DNA of 64,000 bases from Ignavibacteriales bacterium (GTDB taxonomy: Bacteria > Bacteroidota > Ignavibacteria > Ignavibacteriales > SURF-24). The DNA is taken from NCBI GenBank assembly GCA_036261625.1, contig DATAKL010000044.1, forward strand, positions 72,352 through 136,351, given 5' to 3'. Numbering within the stretch: position 1 is the stretch's first letter; the number at the start of each line of letters is the position of its first letter. The notes under the pieces were generated by a model, which saw nothing but the letters and a program-made list of their open reading frames with translations, ran no database searches and was not told the origin of the DNA. The translations under genes were made by a program, and so were the position numbers. This document shows positions 59,297 through 64,000 of this stretch, in pieces.

Positions 59297-60751
59297 ATGA
59301 TTGATTCTGTTGCTCTGTTTTTCGGAGATTTAATTAAAAATATACGCTTTGCCGATCTTATTGACATAGCTATCGTTTCTTTCTTTTTATATACGTTTAT
59401 AAACTGGTTCAGGAAAAGTGCTTCCAGAAGACTATTAATTGCAGTTACTATTTTTGTAGTTGTTTATCTTCTGGCAAGAATATTCGGGCTTTACCTTACC
59501 GAAATGCTCATTAAAATAGTTATCGGCGTAATACTGATTGCAGCAATTATGCTCTTCCAGTCGGATATCAGGCGCCTGATAGACCTCTTCGGTACCTGGG
59601 GAGGCATAAGGGGACAAAAGAGAACGGGCATACTTAATTCCACGGTTGATGTCATCACATCGGCCTGCACAAAAATGGCAGAAAACCATACAGGTGCTCT
59701 TATTGCAATAAGGGGGCGTGAAATCTGGGATAACTGCATAAACGGCGGAATAGAATTAGACGGAAGATTAAGCCAGCCCCTTATATTCAGCATATTTAAC
59801 ACCAAGTCTCCCGGGCACGACGGCGCAATACTCGTTGAAGACAACAGGATTATTAAGTTCGGGGCCCACCTGACACTTTCTACAAATCTTAAGGAGATCG
59901 GCCCGGGCGGAACCCGCCATGCCGCGGCACTTGGACTTTCAGAAAAGTGCGACGCACTTGTAATTGCAGTTTCTGAAGAAAGGGGAACCATTAGTGTGGC
60001 TGAAGACGGCAGACTGAGTCTTCTTACTTCAAGCAGCGAACTTAAGGAAAGAATTGAGCGCTTCTGGGAGAGAAATTATCAGAAAAAGCAGGAAACCGCG
60101 GCAAAATGGTGGAAAAGCAAAAGCCTGCAGACGGCTCTTGTTGCTGTATTTCTTTCGGTTACATTCTGGGCACTGTTTGCAAATCAGTCCGATAAGGTCT
60201 ACAGAAGCTACACCGTACCAATTGAATTCCGTAATCTGAGGCCCGATCTGGCGCTCGAGGATCCGGTCCCGATGGAAGGAAGAGTTACACTTGCAGGTTC
60301 TGAACAGGCATTCAGGCTTTTTAATCCTTCTAATCTCATCATCTCCATTAACATGGAACGCCTTGAAAAAGGGGATAATGAGATCATGGTGGCACGCGAC
60401 AACCTGGAACTCCCCTCCGGTGTGGACCTGTACAGGGTGGAACCCAGGGTCCTAAAGTTAAAGGCCGATGCAATGAAACTTGTGCGTGTACCGGTAAGGG
60501 TGCAGACCATGGGAAGTGCCTCCGGAAATGTGAGATTTGTGAAACTGAATGCCGAACCTTCATCTGTAATGCTCCGCGTTCCCGATAACAGCTACAGCGT
60601 GCCGAAATACGTTTCTACAGAACCTATTGATCTTTCAGACGTAAGGGAGTCTTCTGCAATTCCAAGCAGGCTTATTCCCCCAAAGAAGACAAGGCTTCTT
60701 CCTGAACAGAGCCCGGAGATAATGGTAAAGGTCCAGGTTCCAAAAAAGTAA
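59297..60751 (+). CDS. cdaA: Diadenylate cyclase CdaA fused to a TM segment and YbbR (CdaR)-like repeats
   Basis: Three N-terminal TM segments. DisA_N/DAC domain (TGALIAI...SPGHDGAILVEDNRI...GTRHAAALGLSE..DALVIAVSEERGTISV). Then a TM segment (LQTALVAVFLSVTFWALF) and YbbR-like beta repeats (YTVPIEFRNLRPDL...; VRVPVRVQTMG). Start set at ATG 59297. Confidence 0.8.
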   Translation: MIDSVALFFGDLIKNIRFADLIDIAIVSFFLYTFINWFRKSASRRLLIAVTIFVVVYLLARIFGLYLTEMLIKIVIGVILIAAIMLFQSDIRRLIDLFGTWGGIRGQKRTGILNSTVDVITSACTKMAENHTGALIAIRGREIWDNCINGGIELDGRLSQPLIFSIFNTKSPGHDGAILVEDNRIIKFGAHLTLSTNLKEIGPGGTRHAAALGLSEKCDALVIAVSEERGTISVAEDGRLSLLTSSSELKERIERFWERNYQKKQETAAKWWKSKSLQTALVAVFLSVTFWALFANQSDKVYRSYTVPIEFRNLRPDLALEDPVPMEGRVTLAGSEQAFRLFNPSNLIISINMERLEKGDNEIMVARDNLELPSGVDLYRVEPRVLKLKADAMKLVRVPVRVQTMGSASGNVRFVKLNAEPSSVMLRVPDNSYSVPKYVSTEPIDLSDVRESSAIPSRLIPPKKTRLLPEQSPEIMVKVQVPKK

Positions 60752-60855
60752 GCCCGGGGAAACAGAGAGTTACGCAATTTCAGTATTTTATTTTTGAAGT
60801 CCCTTAAATATTTTTAGTCTGCTAATTTTTTAACAGGCAGAACGGACATTTAACC

Positions 60856-63174
60856 TTGGCAGACCAGGCGAAAGTTTTTATTTTGACAGGCGAACACCAG
60901 GATCTCAAGACTGGTAATACCCTGAGATATTGGGGCATTTCGGATGACGGGATGCCTGTGGAATTCATAATAGACAGTGTCAGACCTGTATTCTTTACAA
61001 ACAGGGAAAACACCTCCCTAAGCCTGCCCATCCAGTACACGCGCAAAGAGGTTAAACTAAAGTCTTTTGACTTCAGGGATGTTGATGCCCTGTACTTCAG
61101 GACACAGAAGGATTTAAGATCTGCTGCTGAAATCCTGCGTTCACTCGGCATTACAACCTATGAGTCGGATGTAGATCCTGTAAGAAGATTTCTTATGGAG
61201 CGCTTTATTCATGTACAGCTTACCTTAACAGGTGAATGCGTGAATCTGGGCCATAGCCTCAGGTTTATTAACCCTAAAGTTGAGCCGTGCGAATTCGACC
61301 CTAAGTTTAAGGTTGCTTCCATTGATATTGAAACCGGCATTAAGGACGGCACCTTATATTCCATTGCCGTACATCTGAGTGGAAGAAACAGTGAAGAAGA
61401 AAAAATTGTGTTCATGCTGGCAGATGATGCTTTGGATGATGGACAGTTAAAGCTCTTCAGAACTCAAAAGGATCTCCTGCAGAGTTTCCTCAACTGGTTT
61501 AAGTGGGCCGATCCCGACCTCATCATCGGCTGGCATGTGATCGGCTTCGACCTGATGTTTCTGGAAAATAAAGCCCGTGAGCTTCACATTCCATTCGACA
61601 TTTCAAGGGGCGGCGGGAGAACTTCTCTTGTACAAAGAAAATCGGGAGGCTACTTTGCCTATATCCCGGGCCGGGTAGTCCTTGACGGGCCTCCGGCGCT
61701 AAGGAGCGCATTTTATTCATTTGAAGATTTCAGGCTTGAGACCGTTTCTCAGGAGCTTTTGGGCAGGGGAAAGACCATAACTCCGGATGAGGACAAAATA
61801 GGCGAAATTGAGAAATTCTTCAGCCAGGATAAACATAAGCTTGCCGAGTACAACCTTCAGGATGCCGTACTCGTAAGCGAGATCTTTGCTAAGACGGGAC
61901 TAATTGACCTGTGCGTAAAAAGATCACAGATCTCGGGACTTTTTATGGACCAGCTCTCAAAGATGACTCAGGCTTTTGACAACTTCTACCTTCCACGGCT
62001 CCACAGGGCAGGCTTTGTGGCTCCGGAGAGCGACATGACCAGAACGACGGAAAATCTTGCCGGGGGATACGTTATTGACCCTAGACCTGGCATTTATGAC
62101 AATGTAGTTGTAATGGATTATAAGAGCCTTTATCCTTCAATTATCGAAACCTTCAAGATCGATCCTCTTTCAAAGATCACCTCTGAAGAAGATACGATCC
62201 TGACGCCGGGCGGATATAAATTCTCCAGAACCAGGCACATTCTGCCTGAATACATTGGCTCCCTCATGCATAAAAGAGCCGGGGCTAAAAGAAGTAAAAA
62301 CAAGCACTTAGCTCAGGCAATTAAAATTCTGATGAACAGTTTCTACGGCGTCATGGGCGCCTACGGCTGCAGGTTCTTCGACCCCTATCTTCCCAATTCA
62401 ATTACTAGTACCGGGCAGTGGATCTTGCTCGAAAGCAAACGGTTCCTAGAAGAAAAGGGATATGAAATTGTCTACGGGGATACAGATTCACTCTTTATAA
62501 AGCTTAAGAAAGGTGAATCTGAAAAGGCCGCCCTTCTTGGCGAAGAGCTTGCCCGGGAGATGAATCTTTACTGGAAGGAAAGACTGCTGAAGGAATTTTC
62601 CCTCGAATCGTTTCTGGAAATTGAATTTGAAAAACACTACAGCCGCTTCATACTAACGACTGCGCGCGGCGGCGGGGGAGAAGCAGGAGCAAAAAAGCGT
62701 TACGCAGGTTTGATTGAAACCGGGGGCCGACGTCATCTGGAGTTTACAGGTATGGAAATAGTGCGCTCCGATTGGACACGCCTGGCAAAGGAATTTCAGC
62801 AGGAGCTATACAGCAGGATTTTTAATAGTGAGGATGCCGACGGCTGGATAAGAAGTTTTGTCGAAGAGGTAACCCGCGGCCTGCATGACGAGAAACTGGT
62901 ATACAGAAAAAGGCTTAGGAAAGACGTCGACCTGTACACAAAAAACACACCTCCGCACGTGAAGGCTGCAAGGCTTACTAATACTTCTTCAGGAATTATT
63001 AAGTACGTGATGACAAAAAGAGGACCTGTTCCTGTTGAACTGGGGCAAAGGGACTTTGACTACCAGCACTACATTGATAAACAGATAAAACCGATTGCCG
63101 ATTCGGTACTGGGACTTCTTGGGCGGTCATTCGATGAGCTCTTTAAGCCCACGCAGCTGAATTTCTTTTCCTAG
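60856..63174 (+). CDS. polB: DNA polymerase II (family B)
   Basis: Exo I ASIDIETG. Motif A DYKSLYPSII, motif B KILMNSFYGVMG, motif C YGDTDSLF. The N-terminus and YESDVDPVRRFLMERFI resemble E. coli Pol II. TTG start. Confidence 0.9.
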   Translation: MADQAKVFILTGEHQDLKTGNTLRYWGISDDGMPVEFIIDSVRPVFFTNRENTSLSLPIQYTRKEVKLKSFDFRDVDALYFRTQKDLRSAAEILRSLGITTYESDVDPVRRFLMERFIHVQLTLTGECVNLGHSLRFINPKVEPCEFDPKFKVASIDIETGIKDGTLYSIAVHLSGRNSEEEKIVFMLADDALDDGQLKLFRTQKDLLQSFLNWFKWADPDLIIGWHVIGFDLMFLENKARELHIPFDISRGGGRTSLVQRKSGGYFAYIPGRVVLDGPPALRSAFYSFEDFRLETVSQELLGRGKTITPDEDKIGEIEKFFSQDKHKLAEYNLQDAVLVSEIFAKTGLIDLCVKRSQISGLFMDQLSKMTQAFDNFYLPRLHRAGFVAPESDMTRTTENLAGGYVIDPRPGIYDNVVVMDYKSLYPSIIETFKIDPLSKITSEEDTILTPGGYKFSRTRHILPEYIGSLMHKRAGAKRSKNKHLAQAIKILMNSFYGVMGAYGCRFFDPYLPNSITSTGQWILLESKRFLEEKGYEIVYGDTDSLFIKLKKGESEKAALLGEELAREMNLYWKERLLKEFSLESFLEIEFEKHYSRFILTTARGGGGEAGAKKRYAGLIETGGRRHLEFTGMEIVRSDWTRLAKEFQQELYSRIFNSEDADGWIRSFVEEVTRGLHDEKLVYRKRLRKDVDLYTKNTPPHVKAARLTNTSSGIIKYVMTKRGPVPVELGQRDFDYQHYIDKQIKPIADSVLGLLGRSFDELFKPTQLNFFS

Positions 63175-63313
63175 GCTGGCCGCCTCTTTTTCAATAGCCG
63201 GTTCATTCTTTTAGGCCTCAACTCTTTTTCAGTTTTATAACAAATAAGCTTGTTTTTATCGCTAATAATTTTTATTCTCACTATCAATATAATTACTTAT
63301 TATTTGAGGGCTT

Positions 63314-64000
63314 ATGAACACTTTGGAAGTAAGGAATTTAAGCAAATCCTTCGGGGAGATCCGCGCAGTGGATGACGTGTCGTTCGCTGTGCCGGAGGGT
63401 TCTGTCTTCGGACTTATAGGCCGGAACGGCGCCGGGAAAACCACTACAATCAGAATGATGATGAATATCTACCTGCCCGACAAGGGTGAGGTTCTTCTCC
63501 GGGGAAATAAAATTGGAAGTGATTTTAAGAACCTGGTAGGCTACCTGCCCGAGGAAAGAGGCTTGTATAAGAAAATGAAAGTCCTTGAGACCCTCATGTA
63601 TTTTGCAGAAATAAAAGGGAAGACGGGACCTTCAGTTGAAAAAAAAGCCCTTGAGTATCTCTCTAAGTTTCAGCTTTCGGAGAGGAAGAATTCCAAAATT
63701 GAGGATCTCTCAAAGGGTAACCAGCAGAAAATCCAGTTCATAACCACAGTTCTCCACGACCCCGATTTTGTAATTCTGGATGAACCTTTCTCAGGGCTCG
63801 ATCCGGTCAATACAAATACACTTAAAGAGATAATCCTTGAGATGAAAAACCGGGGCAAGGTCATTATTCTTTCGACGCACCTCATGGACTTTGCAGAAAA
63901 GATGTGCGACCACCTGGCTATGATCGAAAAGGGAAAAATAATACTGGAAGGATCCTTAAGCGACATTAAGACCCGCTACGCACAAAAGAATGTAAGTATT
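63314..64000 (+). CDS. ABC transporter ATP-binding protein (ABC-2/NatA-like), 3' end outside the window
   Basis: My own translation from ATG 63314 gives MNTLEVRNLSKSFGEIRAVDDVSF...GLIGRNGAGKTT (Walker A), LSKGNQQK (signature) and VILDEPFSGLD (Walker B). It is absent from the ORF track because no stop occurs before the window end. Confidence 0.85.
   Translation, partial: MNTLEVRNLSKSFGEIRAVDDVSFAVPEGSVFGLIGRNGAGKTTTIRMMMNIYLPDKGEVLLRGNKIGSDFKNLVGYLPEERGLYKKMKVLETLMYFAEIKGKTGPSVEKKALEYLSKFQLSERKNSKIEDLSKGNQQKIQFITTVLHDPDFVILDEPFSGLDPVNTNTLKEIILEMKNRGKVIILSTHLMDFAEKMCDHLAMIEKGKIILEGSLSDIKTRYAQKNVSI

Overview
This 64-kb chromosomal segment is almost entirely plus-strand genes, with one long minus-strand gene. 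The gene content suggests an FCB-group (Ignavibacteria/Bacteroidota-like) Gram-negative bacterium. That is an inference from a GWxTD protein, DUF2851, a CarboxypepD_reg-type TonB receptor and many TPR envelope proteins. Most of the window is housekeeping: tRNA-Leu, NUDIX, a tightly coupled pfkB-mtnA-recO string, htrA, aroC, an acyl-CoA carboxyltransferase, an MltD-like transglycosylase with 7 LysM domains, pyrG, purN-purH, the full rod-shape block mreB-mreC-mreD-mrdA-rodA, pyrF, mutS, DAHP synthase plus tyrA, polB and a cdaA-ybbR fusion. Six things are less routine. (1) A translationally coupled pair at 49.2-53.3 kb sits beside a GH9 glucanase. It encodes a cytosolic protein with a degenerate RecA/KaiC-like domain plus a degenerate GGDEF-like domain, and a 953-aa TPR + beta-barrel outer-membrane protein. 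This is my best candidate for an undescribed envelope/secretion regulatory module. (2) A family of GC-rich structured intergenic repeats shows compensatory stem changes and brackets an AT-rich two-gene island at 35.4-37.35 kb. (3) A TPP riboswitch with an intrinsic terminator controls a TonB receptor, thiamine pyrophosphokinase and SSS transporter operon. (4) A 17-bp tandem array at 53.42 kb has a 51-bp higher-order period. (5) An ABC permease/ATPase pair has every catalytic ATPase motif substituted. (6) The Rossmann N-terminus of tyrA lies upstream of any canonical start codon. I recognised no CRISPR array, transposase, integrase or phage genes. All product calls come from motif recognition by eye, with no database search.
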